Source: Eledone cirrhosa (taxonomy: Eukaryota). Taken from it: a stretch of DNA of 64,000 nt. Below are positions 1 through 12,944 of the stretch, in pieces. Under the pieces are notes generated by a model. The model was not told the origin of the DNA. It saw only the letters and a program-made list of their open reading frames with translations, and did no database searches. Made by a program: the position numbers and the translations under genes. Position 1 is the stretch's first letter. Each line of letters opens with the position of its first letter. The stretch is from assembly GCA_964016885.1 (NCBI GenBank), contig OZ024764.1:868001-932000 (forward strand), given 5' to 3'.

Positions 1-220
1 GGCCCACCTGATGATGAGCTGTATCTCATGTGGCCCACCTGATGATGAGCCATATCTCATGTGGCCCACCTGATGATGAGCCCTATCTCATGTGGCCCAC
101 CTGATGATGGGCCATACCTCATGTGGCCCACCTGATGATGAGCCATATCTCATGTGGCCCACCTGATGATGAGTCATATCTCATGTGGCCCACCTGATGA
201 TGAGCCATATCTCATGTGGC
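1..220. repeat. 31-bp tandem repeat (GGCCCACCTGATGATGAGCCATATCTCATGT), about 7 copies, cut by the window edge; probably inside a hAT-type MITE
   Basis: Units are directly visible. The array ends in AAAAAGGTTGGCCATGCCTG (231-250), whose reverse complement CAGGCATGGCCAACC resembles hAT/Charlie terminal inverted repeats (TIRs). Confidence 0.75.
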
Positions 221-729
221 TCGCTTCTCGAAAAAGGTTGGCCATGCCTGTATTAGGGGATGGTTTTGTACTTTAGGCACAAGGACAACAATTTTGGGGA
301 GGGGGGGGGAGTCGATTAAATCGACCCTGGTGCATTACTGGTACTTTATTTCATCAACCCCATAAGGATGAAAGGCAAAGCTAACCTCAGTGGGATTTGA
401 ACACAGGATGTAAAGGGCCATAACTATATGCCACATATTATCCGACGCTCTTCCGGAATTACCAACAGACATAAAGTCTCATTGTGGCTATCTTTGTTTA
501 CTCACCCCATGTAAGGCAATAAAGGGGTTACTAAGAATGGGGAATACACAAGGTAGAGAGAACATATGGAGGGTGTGTAACTAAATATATATATATATGC
601 AAAAGTTTTATTTAAAATTGTTGGGTTACAACGATTAAATATTTTATAACTGATATAAAGCACTCAACAAGTTTTGGAGTAGATATACGATATTAAACAA
701 ATGGAAACTATATTTATAAAACCATATTT

Positions 730-793
730 ATTTCATTATACATATTTCAGGGATACCATATTAAAAATATGGCATGCCTTCTTCAGATAAAAT
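730..793 (-). ncRNA. Type I hammerhead ribozyme motif, family A
   Basis: Minus strand reads AUUUUAU-CUGAAGA-[AGGCAUGCCAUAUU uuu AAUAUGGUAUCCCU]-GAAA-UAUGU-AUA|AUGAAAU. Helix I is 7 bp, helix II is long, and helix III is minimal and near-palindromic. Confidence 0.85.
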
Positions 794-1286
794 ACAATAT
801 ATAAGCAGTTTTATAAATAAATTTGCCATATTTTTAATATGGTATCCCTGAAATATGTATAATGAAATAAATATGGTTTTATAAATATAGTTTCCATTTG
901 TTTAATATCGTATATATATATATATATAAATTATGAAAATAAAACAAAGAAGCCTTCAATACATCAAAAGTCTTTATTAGCCAACAATTAGCCATAATTC
1001 TTCGGCTCTGTTTAATTACATTGAGCTATACCTTTTACTGTCATTTCTATAATACGAAGAGGGTGTTTAACTCCAACACGCTCCAGTATTTTAATCCTTA
1101 TATATATATATGTATACATTATCGGAGAAAGCTTTTAGCGATACTCAGGCCAAATTCCAACTCACTCAACAAACATTAGGAAATAGCTGAGTATATTCCT
1201 AATTAAACGTTCGGGGTGCTAACTAATTGTATTGTGTGGATAATTGGCTGTATCATTTCATATGAGATATATCGAATATATCTCTT

Positions 1287-1409
1287 CCCAGACGACTTGT
1301 TTCATTATAAGATTCCTACAAGTTGGGTGAAAATATATCAATTTATGTAGAAGCTTGTATAAGATCAACAGATACTTATTCAAGTGGGCTCTTATAATTC
1401 TTCAGTGGG
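1287..1409 (-). ncRNA. Type I hammerhead motif with a large helix II insertion
   Basis: CCCA-CUGAAGA-AUUAUAAGA...(about 77 nt)...UCUUAUAAU-GAAAC-aaguc-GUC|UGGG. Helix I is 4 bp and the helix II base is 9 bp. Confidence 0.75.
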
Positions 1410-1605
1410 TGCCCAATAATATTAATATTGATAACCAAATCAACATCAATATTTAGCGATAAACACCATCAGTGCTTGAGGGAGCTGCTAGGTTGTTAGT
1501 CCAGCAGTTCTAAAGAAATTCTCAAACTGATTCAAAAATGAGGAAGAAGATTATCGCCAAATACAATATATTAATAAATGGAAACTATATTTATAAAACC
1601 ATATT

Positions 1606-1671
1606 TATTTTATTATATATATTTCAAGGGCAACCAAGGCAAATTATGGTGCACTTTCATCAGATAAAATA
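1606..1671 (-). ncRNA. Type I hammerhead motif, family A
   Basis: UAUUUUAU-CUGAUGA-[AAGuGCACCA...UGGuUGCcCUU]-GAAA-UAUAU-AUA|AUAAAAUA. Helix I is 8 bp and helix III (AUAUAUAU) is palindromic. Confidence 0.85.
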
Positions 1672-1919
1672 CAGATTTGTTTTATAAATAAATATTGACA
1701 TACCCGGAAAAAAGACAACCTTAACGGTTGGAGCTTCCTGTTGAGTGCTTTATATCAGTTATAAACATTTTAAAGCTTGTTGAATCCCAACAAATTAAAT
1801 ATAACCTCTGCATATATATATATATATATCATCATCATCATCAACGTGTTCCACGCTTGCATGTGTTTAAACGGGGGTTTTCCCACTTGAGGCAAGAGTG
1901 GTTGTCTTGCTCGCATAGG

Positions 1920-2480
1920 ACTATCTGGCGGGTTTTCTACAGCTGGATGCCCTTCCTAACACCAACCACATTTACAGTGTGGGGCTGGGAGGTTTTTACC
2001 GTGTTACCTACATGGCCACATTACAGCGTGGACTGTCTGGCGGGTTTTCTATGGCTGGATGCCCTTCCTAACACCAACCACATTTACAGTGTGGACTGGG
2101 AGGTTTTTACCGTGTTGCCTACACGGCCACATTACAGCGTGGACTGTCTGGCGGGTTTTCTACAGCTGGATGCCCTTCCTAACACCAACCACATTTACAG
2201 TGTGGACTGGGAGGTTTTTACCGTGTTGCCTACACGGCCACATTACAGCGTGGACTGTCTGGCGGGTTTTCTACAGCTGGATGCCCTTCCTAACACCAAC
2301 CACATTTACAGTGTGGACTGGGAGGTTTTTACCGTGTTGCCTACACGGCCACATTACAGCGTGGACTGTCTGGCGGGTTTTCTACAGCTGGATGCCCTTC
2401 CTAACACCAACCACATTTACAGTGTGGGGCTGGGAGGTTTTTACCGTGTTGCCTACACGGCCACATTACAGCGTGGACTG
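1920..2480. repeat. About 111-bp tandem repeat (about 5 copies) built from a SINE body segment
   Basis: Repeats CTGGCGGGTTTTCTACAGCTGGATGCCCTTCCTAACACCAACC...; the same motif occurs in the dispersed SINEs. Confidence 0.85.
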
Positions 2481-2664
2481 TGTGTTTTTTTGTTGTGACA
2501 CCTACACGATCTCATTTGTTTCGGGCTGGATGTTGTGGTACCAACATAACTTTACAGAGAAAGAAGTGGTGTGGATGGGGTGGGGGTAGTGGGACGGGTA
2601 TGTGTTTTTGTTAGAGGTGCCTACTGACTGTAGTAGGTTTATATATATATATATATATATATAT

Positions 2665-3297
2665 ACACTCTTTTACCTGTTCCAGCCATCCAGCTGAGGC
2701 CATGCTGGGGCACTGCCCTTGCTGCTACACTTTCTATATCCAGCCTGTGTTGGCTGGCCATTGATGTAGGAGGGTGTTTATTGCTGGTCTGCCATCCGGT
2801 TACCTTCATTCCGTGTTGTGGGTTCATCTGGGATCCTGAATAGCAGAGTGTCGAGATGTTTCTTGAAAACATCCACGTCTACACCATGTAAATCTCTCAA
2901 ATATCTTGGTGGCTTATTAAAATGATGGAGGCCTTTGAACCCAAGGCTATTGCAATATCTGCTCCTTACTCTAGATGTGAAAGACAGGACCTTTGTCCCC
3001 ACACAATGACGTCCTGTTTGAAGGTTGGTCCAGCTCTCAATGCCAAAGTTTGGTGCTAGTCCCTCCAGGATCGTCTATATGTAGATCACTGCCTATCTCT
3101 CCCGTCTTAGTTCCAAGGAGGAGAGTTTCAGTTCTTTTTGGCCTCTCCCAGTAGCTTGTCTCCTTCATCGTGGCAATCCTCTTGGTGTAGCTTCGATGGA
3201 TTATTACAAGCTCTGTGGTTAGTTTGACACTATGGGGTGACCACAGCTGGGACCAATAGTCCAGTCGGCTTAGGGCAAATGTCCTCCATAGTACCAT
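2665..3297 (-). mobile_element. 3' fragment of a CR1/L2-group LINE (frameshifted ORF2 C-terminus)
   Basis: Peptides SRLDYWSQLWSP, SYTKRI, SYWER and FKKHLDTLLFRIPDEP are typical of CR1-group ORF2 tails. Confidence 0.75.
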
Positions 3298-3354
3298 TTA
3301 AAATAAAGAAACCAAGGCTATCAAATTAACACCATTTTAAATATCTACGACCAT

Positions 3355-3880
3355 GGAGGCACATGGCTTAGTGGTTAGAGCATTGGCCTTGCAATGGAGG
3401 CACATGGCTTAGTGGTTAGAGCATTGGCCTTGCAATGGAAAGGATGGAGGCACATGGCTTAGTGGTTAGAGCATTGGCCTTGCAATCGAAAGGATGGAGG
3501 CACATGGCTTAATGGTTAGAGCATTGGCCTTGCAATCGAAAGGTTGTGAGTTCAATTCTCAGACCAGGTGATGTGTTGTTTCCTTGAGCAAGACACTTTA
3601 TTTCACATTGCTCCAGTTTACTCAGCTGTAGAAATGAGATGATAGGGGCTGGGGTCCCTATCATTCCACTGCAAAGTGGACGTGGAGGTGCCATGGCAAA
3701 AAAGCACCCAGCACTCACTGTAAAGTGGTCGTGGAGGTGCCACGGCAAAAAAGCACCCAGCACTCACTGTAAATGAGGTTGGTGTTAGGAAGGGCATCCA
3801 GCTGTAGAAATCAAGCCAGAATCAGTTCCCGTCCCACCCTTGCAAGCAGGGAAAAGCGGACATAAAATGATGATGATGAT
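3355..3880 (+). mobile_element. tRNA-derived CORE-like SINE (SINE-A) with a multiplied 5' head
   Basis: A box TGGCTTAGTGG, B box GAGTTCAATTC, CORE-like TGTTTCCTTGAGCAAGACACTT...CTGTAGAAATG, and an RTE-like tail ending in (TGA)n. The head is present 4 times at 3355-3540. Confidence 0.85.
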
Positions 3881-4158
3881 GTCTATATAGGTAATAAGCT
3901 TACATACATATGTAAACAGTGAATTTATCAAAAACAATTATTTAGCAATTATTTACACAATACACTATACATAAATACCTGCATGCCAACAGGAATTAGC
4001 AAAAGGTGTTGAATGTAATTAGATACATATACAAAAATTATAGGCATTATCAAATGTTGAATAAGGCCACACTTGAAGAATGTAAGCGAAGCAGGGTAGA
4101 AGTATAAAGAGGTAAATATGGTGAAGGGGTGTGTTTCTGTGGTGATATATCTATCTAT

Positions 4159-5024
4159 CTAGGGCGGGTAAAATTCCCGAGATCCATGGACGAGTTCTCT
4201 CCAGCGGTCTCTGTCCCTCATTATCACTGCCATGTCCTGTGTCTCCAACAGACCAGTGTCTGTCTTTAGGCCATCAACATATGTCAACCTCGGTCTCCCT
4301 CTTCCAGTGTGTCCATGTAGGGGCTCCCACAGGAGCACTGAGTGCAGTGTCAACTCTGGTTGTCGGTGAGCATGTCCAGCTAACCTCAGTCTCCTCTGTG
4401 TCACTTTGGAGCTTTACATATATATATACACTGTGTTTTTCTCGAGCTTAATTTTGGGAGGCTCTCGTACAGCTCTGAGTTCTTCATCCTCAGTGTATAC
4501 TGATTAATGTTCAGAGCCATCCTCAGCACTCTCGTGTAGCACCCATCCACCATCTGAGTGAGTTTCTTGGTCAGTGTCCAAGTCTCAGACCCGTACAGCA
4601 GCACAGACTCCACTACAGCAACGAAGTGATGGATCTTCAGGTCTTTACGAAGGTCCGACTTCCACACCGATCTCAAGCTGTGGCACGCCGCCCAGGCTTT
4701 GCTCTTCCTCTCAACCACATCATCATCTGTATTCCCAATCTTTGCTCCCAGATACAGGAAGTCCTCAACCAGTTCTAGCGGCTTCCCGCCTACATTAGTA
4801 ATCTTCTCTGGTTTCCTAATATTCTCTACCAGATACTTCGTCTTAATCTCATTCATTCTCAGCCCCACACTCATCGACACAGTCTCCACCTCCTGCATCA
4901 AATCCTCTGCCTCCTTCACTGTGTCTGTCACCAAAACTATGTCGTCAGCAAATTCAGCATCCGATATCTTTTTCCCCTTAACTCTCCTGCTCTGAGCCGG
5001 TGCTACAGTAAAGCCAGGCGGCAA
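4159..5024 (-). mobile_element. RTE-clade LINE 3' part (RT C-terminus), 5'-truncated and interrupted
   Basis: EFADDIVL, FLYLGAKI, VESVLLYGSETWTLTK, RRLRLAGH, GRGRPRLTY. Confidence 0.9.
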
Positions 5025-6239
5025 ATTGGCAAAGTCCTTAAGAGATCAGATAGAATGCTTTACAGTATTGGTCCCACCTCATTGCACCCTCTGAGTTCAA
5101 ATCCCGCCAAGGTCAACTTTGCCTTTCATCCTTTCGAGGTCGATAAAAAAAGTACCAGTCTAGTACTGGGGTCGATTTTTCCTCTATAGAAAAACCTCGG
5201 CTGTGTTCAGACCTAGAGAGGGTTGGGCTCCGCCAGGTTTAAAGGTATCCTGGACACACTGTATGAGGGTACCTCTATGACTCCACAAGGAGTTATGGGA
5301 TCTTGATCTTTTTATCCTAATATATATATAATAATTGTTTCTACCTTTGGCACAAGGCCAGCAATTACCCAGTGCATTACTGGTACTTTATTTTATCGAC
5401 TCCGAAAGGATGAAAGGCAAAGCTAACCTCAGCGGGATTTGAACTCTGACCATATCCCACCGAGGTTAATTTTGTCTTTCATCCTTACGGGGTCGATAGG
5501 TACAAGGCCAGCAATTTGAACTCAGACCATAAAGGGCCATAACTCTTTGCTGCAAAGCATGGCGTCCGACCCTCTACCGATACTGCCAATCCACCGCCAT
5601 AATATATATATAATAAAGAAAGGGTTAACACATATACATTTATCTAAAAATCTTCTTTGCCCACTTATTCCTGAGGAGGTTGTGGGGACACAGTCCTCAA
5701 ACATTCCTTCCAACAGGTCACAGGTGGTGGTTAACAACACAGCCACCAGATATGATGGGTAGTCAATACTCATGCATTTTTTTTTTTTTTTCAATTACAC
5801 TCCATTTTATTTAAGTATCAACAGCAACAACATCATCATCATCATCATCATCATCATCATTTTACGTCCACTTTTCCCTGCTTGTAAGGGTGGGACAAGT
5901 CCTATTCAGCACAGCATCTCTCTCTGTCTCTCTTTATCTGTGTCCTTCTATCTATCTCTATCATTATCATCATCATCATCATACGTCCACTTCTCCCTGC
6001 TTGCAAGGGCAGGAGGGGTCCTATTCAGCACAGCATCTCTGTGTCTGTCTGTTTGTCTGTCTATCTGTCTCTTTATCTGTGTCTATCTATCTATATATCT
6101 CTATCATCATCATCATTATACGTCCACTTCTCCCTGGGCAGGAGGGGTCCTATTCAGCACAGTATCTCTGTGTCTGTCTGTTTGTCTGTCTATCTGTCTC
6201 TTTATCTGTGTCTATCTATCTATATATCTCTATCATCAT

Positions 6240-6545
6240 CATCATCATCATCATACGTCCACTTTTCCCTGCTTTCAAGGGCTGGACGGGTCCTATTCAG
6301 CACAGCATCTCTCCACTTGTCACGGTCTTTCGTCATCTCCTCTGTGAGCTTCAGCGATCTGAGATCTGTTCTCACCACCTCCGCCCATGTTTTACGTGGT
6401 CTACCTCTTCTGCGTCTTCTTTCAACTGGCATTTCTTGGCACTTCTTTACCCATCTGTCATCCTCCATGCACATCACATGCCCATACCATCTCAGCCTTC
6501 TCTCCTGCACACCACAACTTATCCCTCTTATACCCAGTTTCTGAA
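6240..6545 (-). mobile_element. RTE LINE 3' end (second RTE family)
   Basis: RRLRWYGHV...RGRPRKTW, followed by a tail and (GAT)n. Other copies at about 49640-49865, 51870-52085, 55845-56155 and 59005-59230. Confidence 0.85.
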
Positions 6546-6699
6546 TTGCTAAATGTGTCTGAGCGTGGAAGAGCCAAACTCTCACTGTCATCACCTCCAT
6601 CTCTCTGTATGGTGAGCAATGGGGTCCCACGTGGTGGCCACCCTGGCAGACAGAATGGAGAAGGCGTTTCCCTGGAGGATGGTAAGGGAGATGTGCTGG

Positions 6700-7165
6700 A
6701 ATAGCCATTCCATCTCACGAGGCTCGACAGCTCAGCACCTATGGTGGTAAGTAGGGAGGTAGCCCTAGGGCCAAGGACATCAGAAGTCTCCACTGCTACG
6801 GGTAGCCAGCTCAGAACCTATGGTGGTGAGTAGGGAGGTAGCCCTAGGGCCAAGGACACCAGAAGTCTCCACTGCCAAGGGCACGACTGCAAAGATGTCG
6901 GAGAGCAACCGGTACTTGGAGAGTTTGGCCTCCTCAGCCCGATTTGCAGCAGAACCTGGGTTAGTCGCAGACTGCACCAGGTTGCGGCTGGAGAAAGGGT
7001 CACTGCAAGTGGCATCCCAGACGAGGGGTTTGCCACTGCGGAACGGGAAGATGGTCATACCGTCTGGCCTTTTGCCATCACCTCGGTCCAGCCCCATCGG
7101 CTTGAGCTGGGAGGGGAAGCCTGCAGTATCCAAGCCATGCTTTATGACCTCGTTGAGGGCAGCAT
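6700..7165 (-). mobile_element. Restriction-like endonuclease C-terminus of a CRE-like non-LTR retrotransposon
   Basis: DGKRPDG...LVWDAT...AEEAKLSKY...VVPLAVETSGVLGP (PD..D-type motif). A local duplication of about 60 bp is present near 6740-6800. Confidence 0.75.
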
Positions 7166-7267
7166 TGACCTGTCAAGTGTTTCAGCCCTTAACATACATT
7201 CACACACAAACTCATACATACATACACACAAATACACAATCATACATGTACACGCAACTAAATATAC

Positions 7268-8296
7268 ACCGTATATGCCGGTGTACAAGTTGATCTGGTG
7301 CATAGAACTACCCCTAAAATACTGAGGTATAATTCAGGTTTAGGCCTATATTCGCCAGATAAGATAACCCCTAAAAAATAAGGCAGTTGCATGGGAAATA
7401 ATTCAAAAAATGTGGTGGCATGCTAAAGGCTAAGACACTTCTAAAACACTTGTCGCAAGTGAGTTCTAACTTACTGAGTAAACCAGCCTCGCCTAACCTT
7501 AACGAAGCTATGGTAACCTACCTTATGGTAACCTACACTATGGTAACCTCCCCTACAGTATCCTACCTTATAGTAACCTACCTTATGGTAACCTACACTA
7601 TGGTAACCTACCCTACAGTATCCTACCTTATAGTAACCTACCGTATGGTAACCTAACCTACAGTAACCTACCCTACGGTAACCTACCCTATACTAACCTA
7701 ACCTACCCTATGGTAACCTACCCTATGGTACCCTACCCTATGGTAACCTACCCTATGGTAACCTAACCTATCGTAACCTAACTTATGGTAACCTACCCTA
7801 CAGTAACCTACCCTACGGTAACCTACCCTAAGGTAACCTACCCTACAGTAACCTACCCTATGGTAACCTACCCTAAGGTAACCTACCCTATGGTAACCTA
7901 CCCTATGGTAACCTACCCTAAGGTAACCTACCCTACAGTAACCTACCCTATGGTAACCTACCCTACAGTAACCTACCCTATGGTAACCTACCCTATGGTA
8001 ACCTACCCTACAGTAACCTACCCTATGGTAACCTACCCTATAGTAACCTACCCAAGTCATTGATATTACTATAATCTCTACGTTAAACTTAACAAATATG
8101 AGATTCAGTAGAAATAAATGTGGTGGGTTGCTAGAGTTATGGTAAGTGGTGTACAACAAGTGTTAGGCAGGCAGTGTCACTGTTTACCCCTCAGTGGTAA
8201 AGGTTCACATTTTATATTTGGTGGACAAGTCGACCCCTGGTTTTGGAGAGAGATTTTTAGGCTCCAAATATCGACTTGTACACCGGCATATACGGT
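7268..8296. mobile_element. Tc1/mariner-pogo-type MITE
   Basis: Perfect 23-bp inverted termini ACCGTATATGCCGGTGTACAAGT (7268-7290 and 8274-8296), with TA at the right end and no ORF. Confidence 0.75.
7508..8052. repeat. 15-bp minisatellite (ACCTACCCTATGGTA)n inside the MITE
   Basis: About 36 visible units. Confidence 0.95.
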
Positions 8297-8666
8297 ACAT
8301 TACATAAGACAATTGGGTGCGATTTGAAGGGAATTGGACTGCTGTTTCTAGCAGGCTGTGTGGTAGAAGAAGACTCAGCCAACATGTGAATAAAACTTAC
8401 ACAAGTTACTATGAAGAGAGAGAAGGAAAAAATGGAATGGGTGGTGGTGGTGGTGTCGGGGGGTTCTGTATCAAATATCTGCCCTAAAAAATATAGACAC
8501 AACAGTAAACACACTCCTTTCTCCTCACTAATGCAAACACACACGCACACAGACACACTCTTTCTGTCTGTCTCCTTCTCGCTGTTTGTCTACCTGTCTC
8601 TCTATATATTTGAATCTCTCTCTCTCTCTGTGTGTGTATATATATATATGCCTTAGTATCTCTCTC

Positions 8667-8714
<48 letters not shown>

Positions 8715-8756
8715 TTCTCCCGAATGAAACATTTCTAGTCTTGTAGAAGCAATTTC

Positions 8757-8818
<62 letters not shown>

Positions 8819-8847
8819 GTTATGTAATAAACAACATAAGATGATTA

Positions 8848-8907
8848 TTTCATTTACCAGTGGTTTCTTGAAAGCAAATAAATCTGCTTTCAGTCGTCAG
8901 AATGAAA
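8848..8907 (-). ncRNA. Type I hammerhead motif, family J (left arm of an inverted repeat)
   Basis: Reverse complement of 9102-9161. Confidence 0.85.
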
Positions 8908-9101
8908 AAAACCCTGTTTTTATATATATATACACACACACACACAAATAAGTGTGTGTGTGTGTGTATATACTTATTTATATATATATATATATATTCC
9001 CTCTTTTTTTTTTTCTTCTTCGCTCACCGTTTCACCAGCCTCACTTTCATATTTCTTATATTTTTGTTTTAAATCCACATTCAATAAAAACACAGGGTTT
9101 T

Positions 9102-9161
9102 TTTCATTCTGACGACTGAAAGCAGATTTATTTGCTTTCAAGAAACCACTGGTAAATGAAA
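9102..9161 (+). ncRNA. Type I hammerhead motif, family J
   Basis: UUUCAUU-CUGACGA-c[UGAAAGCAGA uuua UUUGCUUUCA]a-GAAACCAcUG-GUA|AAUGAAA. Helix I is 7 bp, helix II is 10 bp and helix III is near-palindromic. Confidence 0.88.
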
Positions 9162-9254
9162 TAATCATCTTATGTTGTTTATTACATAACTAATAAGCTC
9201 TGTAACTTACATAGAGCACTCTTTTTTCCTGTACCTTTCCGACGGAATTCCTTT

Positions 9255-9303
<49 letters not shown>

Positions 9304-9591
9304 CCAGTGGCGAAGGGTAACCTGGAAAGCAGGGCATGCAGTCCAATCACCATGGCGGAAAGTGAGACTGTGCAGCCTTACCCCCCCCCCCCATTCCCTC
9401 TAAATGACCCTCCCAGTCAAAGCCGCATGTAGTGTTATCTAGTGTGTGTGTCTGTGTGTCTTATCTTTTTATGTGTCTACGATTTAGTAAGCAGCCAAAA
9501 TTCTGCTTGCTTCAACCAACGCAATTGATCAACTCAAGATTCTATAACACATGCACAGCATGCGTTGCATGCGCGGACCCTTCGCCCCTGC

Positions 9592-9639
<48 letters not shown>

Positions 9640-9762
9640 GGAGGTGAGTTTTATTGTAGTACAATAAAGCAATGCAGATATCGGATAAGAAGCACTCTAC
9701 AGTTTGTAGGACTGGAGTATACATAATATATAAGATCAAAAGATGGTTAAAAGAGTTCCATG

Positions 9763-9833
9763 TATTTTATTATGCGCATTTCAAAAACAAATATCATCAT
9801 GCAATAATATTTGTGTTTTCATCAGATAAAATA
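9763..9833 (-). ncRNA. Type I hammerhead motif (left arm of a 158-bp inverted repeat)
   Basis: Reverse complement of 9946-10016 with one helix II change that keeps pairing (G-U to A-U). Confidence 0.88.
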
Positions 9834-9945
9834 GGAGGACATGATATGAAGGTTAAAAAACACTTGTGGATAGTGCAGTTAGTGATATGTTGATTTAAAA
9901 CTGCACTATCCACAAGTGTTTTTTAACCTTCATATCATGTCTTCC

Positions 9946-10016
9946 TATTTTATCTGATGAAAACACAAATGTTATTGCATGATGATATTTGTTTTTGAAA
10001 TGCGCATAATAAAATA
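9946..10016 (+). ncRNA. Type I hammerhead motif
   Basis: UAUUUUAU-CUGAUGA-[AAAcACAAAUGUUAUU gcau GAUGAUAUUUGUuUUU]-GAAA-UGCGC-AUA|AUAAAAUA. Helix III (AUGCGCAU) is palindromic. Confidence 0.9.
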
Positions 10017-10074
10017 CATGGAACTCTTTTAACCATCTTTTGATCTTATATATTATATATTATATATATATATA

Positions 10075-10402
10075 TCATTTCATTTCATTTTATGTCCGCT
10101 TTTCCCTGCTTGCAAGGGTGGGACGGGAACTGATTCTGGCTTGATTTCTACAGCTGGATGCCCTTCCTAACACCAACCTCATTTACAGTGAGTGCTGGGT
10201 GCTTTTTAGCCGTGGCACCTCCACGACCACTTTGCAGTGGAATGATAGGGACCCCAGTCCCTATCATCTCATTTCTACAGCTGAGTAAACTGGAGCAATG
10301 TGAAATAAAGTGTCTTGCTCAAGGAAACAACACATCACCCGGTCTGAGATTTGAACTCACAACCTTTCGATTGCAAGGCCAATGCTCTAACCACTAAGCC
10401 AT
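10075..10402 (-). mobile_element. SINE-A copy
   Basis: Near-identical to 3500-3880, in reverse. Confidence 0.85.
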
Positions 10403-11313
10403 GTATATATATATATATGTATATATATATATAGTAATAATAAATGTGAAGACTAAAATCCGAAGAGGGATCGATAAGGATTACATATATATGTTTCAGA
10501 AGATCCCGTTAAGGGTGAAAGCAGCGATTCTTTGCTTAAACTTTAATATGTTCTTATAATATACGTGTGAGTGTGTGTATCCCGTGTTCAATCGGGGGTA
10601 ACCACACTAAGTAAGGTACTCAATACATAGCAGAGTATATATATTTAATATAGAAATGGCTTCTACAGGACTAGAACTGTTTCATTTGAAGGAAATGATC
10701 AGGAAAGCTTTCCTAATAATTCCCTTCGAATGAAAAAGTTCTAGTAGAAGCCATTACTATATTAAATATTGTATATCATCATCATCATCATCATTTAACA
10801 TCTATCTTCCACGCTAGCATGGGTTAGACGGGAATTGTCCCAGTGAGGCAAGATTGGTCAGGTGACCGTGTCTCGCTTGTATATATATATATATAGGCAT
10901 TTAAATTTGGTGGTTTACCACTGGGTATAATTGGTCATTCTGCACTGTTTACCGTAATGTAATATGAGAAAAGCACTCAACGTTATGCAACTCATCCATC
11001 TTTGATGTTAAATCATGTTGATGGTGCGGGAGGTCAAACATGAATTTCCTTAATTATTTATTTCTGTAAACACTATACACATTTCAGTGGCCAGGTTGTG
11101 TAAGAACAAGCTTCGAGTCCACAATGTAAATGTGGTTGGTGTTAGGAAGGGCTTCCAGCCGTAGAAAACCTGCCAGATAGTCCTATACGAGCGAGACACG
11201 GTCACCCAACCAATCTTACCTCTGTGGGACAATTCCCGTCTAACCCATGCTGGCATAGAAGATAGATGTTAAACGATGATGATGATGATGATATATATAT
11301 ATATATTTATCCA

Positions 11314-11433
11314 ATATCTCTGAAGAAGTGACAACTGATTATACATTTGCTATCGAATACTTGCTAACATTATATGATTACGCAAGCAGCGATACATAGG
11401 TATTCGGTCTGTTACAGAAACATATGTCAATAT
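11314..11433 (+). ncRNA. Type I hammerhead motif with a long rod-like helix II, family F
   Basis: CUGAAGA-a[GUGACA...UGUUAC]a-GAAA-CAUAU-GUC|. Helix III (ACAUAUGU) is palindromic, with inner pairings UAUCG/CGAUA and CUUGC/GCAAG. Helix I is imperfect and AATAAA follows. Confidence 0.75.
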
Positions 11434-11480
11434 CTAATAAATTCCTTTTTAAAAAAGCACTTTCATTTTATATTCATCTT

Positions 11481-11515
<35 letters not shown>

Positions 11516-11977
11516 AAACTGGGACGGGAACAAAAACAGAGAAGCAGTACAAACAAAGGTTTATTAGTTTCACGCTCTTGAGTGTGGGGGTGAAGGTGTG
11601 TAGGTGTGTGTGTGTGTGTGTGTTGGGGGAGGGGGGTTATGTAAGGTATGTTGGTTAATCTCTTAAAACTGTAGAGTGCTCAACATATCGGGCTGGAAGA
11701 TGCCAATCACATATGAGATATAGGATATGCTTCGATCAAGCTCTGTAGCCTACATAGAGCACTCTCTTTTCCTTTACCTTTCCTATGGAAACACTTCATA
11801 TAAACAGCTCCCACCGGGAATAATCGAAACATATTCTATATCTCATATGTGATTGGCACTCTACAGTTTTAGGAAATTAACCAACATACATTACATAACT
11901 AAAAAGCTCTGTAGTCTACATAGAGCACTCTCTTTTCCTTTACCTCTCCTTCAGAAACACTTCATATTTTTTAACAC

Positions 11978-12310
11978 ATCATTTCATTTTACGTCCGCTT
12001 TTCCCTGCTTGCAAGGGTGGGACGGGAACTGATTCTGGCTTGATTTCTACAGCTGGATGCCCTTCCTAACACCAACCTCATTTACAGTGAGTGCTGGCTG
12101 CTTTTTTGCCGTGGCACCTCCACGACCACTTTGCAGTGGAATGATAGGGACCCCAGTCCCTATCATCTCATTTCTACAGCTGAGTAAACTGGAGCAATGT
12201 GAAATAAAGTGTCTTGCTCAAGGAAACAACACATCACCCGGTCTGAGAATTGAACTCACAACCTTTCGATTGCAAGGCCAATGCTCTAACCACTAAGCCA
12301 TGTGCCTCCA
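11978..12310 (-). mobile_element. SINE-A copy
   Basis: Full head-to-tail match to the family. Confidence 0.85.
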
Positions 12311-12512
12311 TATATATATATAGTACATTATGAAGAGAGAAGAAACATTAGATATAATTAGTAATAAGATATATCATACCTAAACTGCTAAACCTATAGC
12401 TCTGATACTGGTTCAGTCTAATCCATTCGGATTGGTTTGTCCCAGTTATTCATAGAGCAACATCGGTTAAGGTTGGCACCATTAACTCAAGGATGGATGT
12501 GTTTCTCTATAT

Positions 12513-12554
<42 letters not shown>

Positions 12555-12829
12555 CATATATATTATAAAGTGAAATGGCAGGAGGCCAAATATGTTGAAT
12601 TTCCTTAATTATTTATTACTTTAAACACTAACCTGGTGACATCTTCAGGTGTAAATTGCGTAATAGATGTATACCCACAGACTGATGGTAAACTTTAAGG
12701 AAACAAGCAAAGAAAAAACATGAAAAAAATGTGTCTTATGTTTTTGACCCAGAGATGAACGAAGCAGTGTGTTGTTATCAAGCCTCGCCATCACCATCAT
12801 TCCATTGGTATACATTTATTATGCAATTT

Positions 12830-12887
12830 ACACCTGAAGATGTCACCACGTTCTTACACAACGTGGCCACTGAAATGTGTATAGTGT
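12830..12887 (+). ncRNA. Type I hammerhead motif, family C
   Basis: ACAC-CUGAAGA-uGUca[CCACGUU cuuacac AACGUGG]ccACu-GAAA-UGUGU-AUA|GUGU. A deleted inverted copy lies near 12625-12655 and a 3' half at 11068-11107. Confidence 0.72.
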
Positions 12888-12944
12888 TTATAGTAATAAA
12901 TAATTAAGGAAATTCCACATATTTGGCCTCCTCTCATTTCACTT

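Noticed and set aside
1-235. Tandem CTGATGA units as a hammerhead array or a CRISPR array
   Set aside because: There is no GAAA-helix III-NUH in the unit and there are no spacers. The end looks like a hAT TIR.
3500-3575. tRNA gene (TGC anticodon-like loop)
   Set aside because: The acceptor and anticodon stems are imperfect and the head is always fused to the SINE body.
5665-5705. CTGAGGA followed by a hairpin
   Set aside because: No GAAA or cleavage triplet follows the stem. The segment may instead be unique genic DNA, but I have no support for that.
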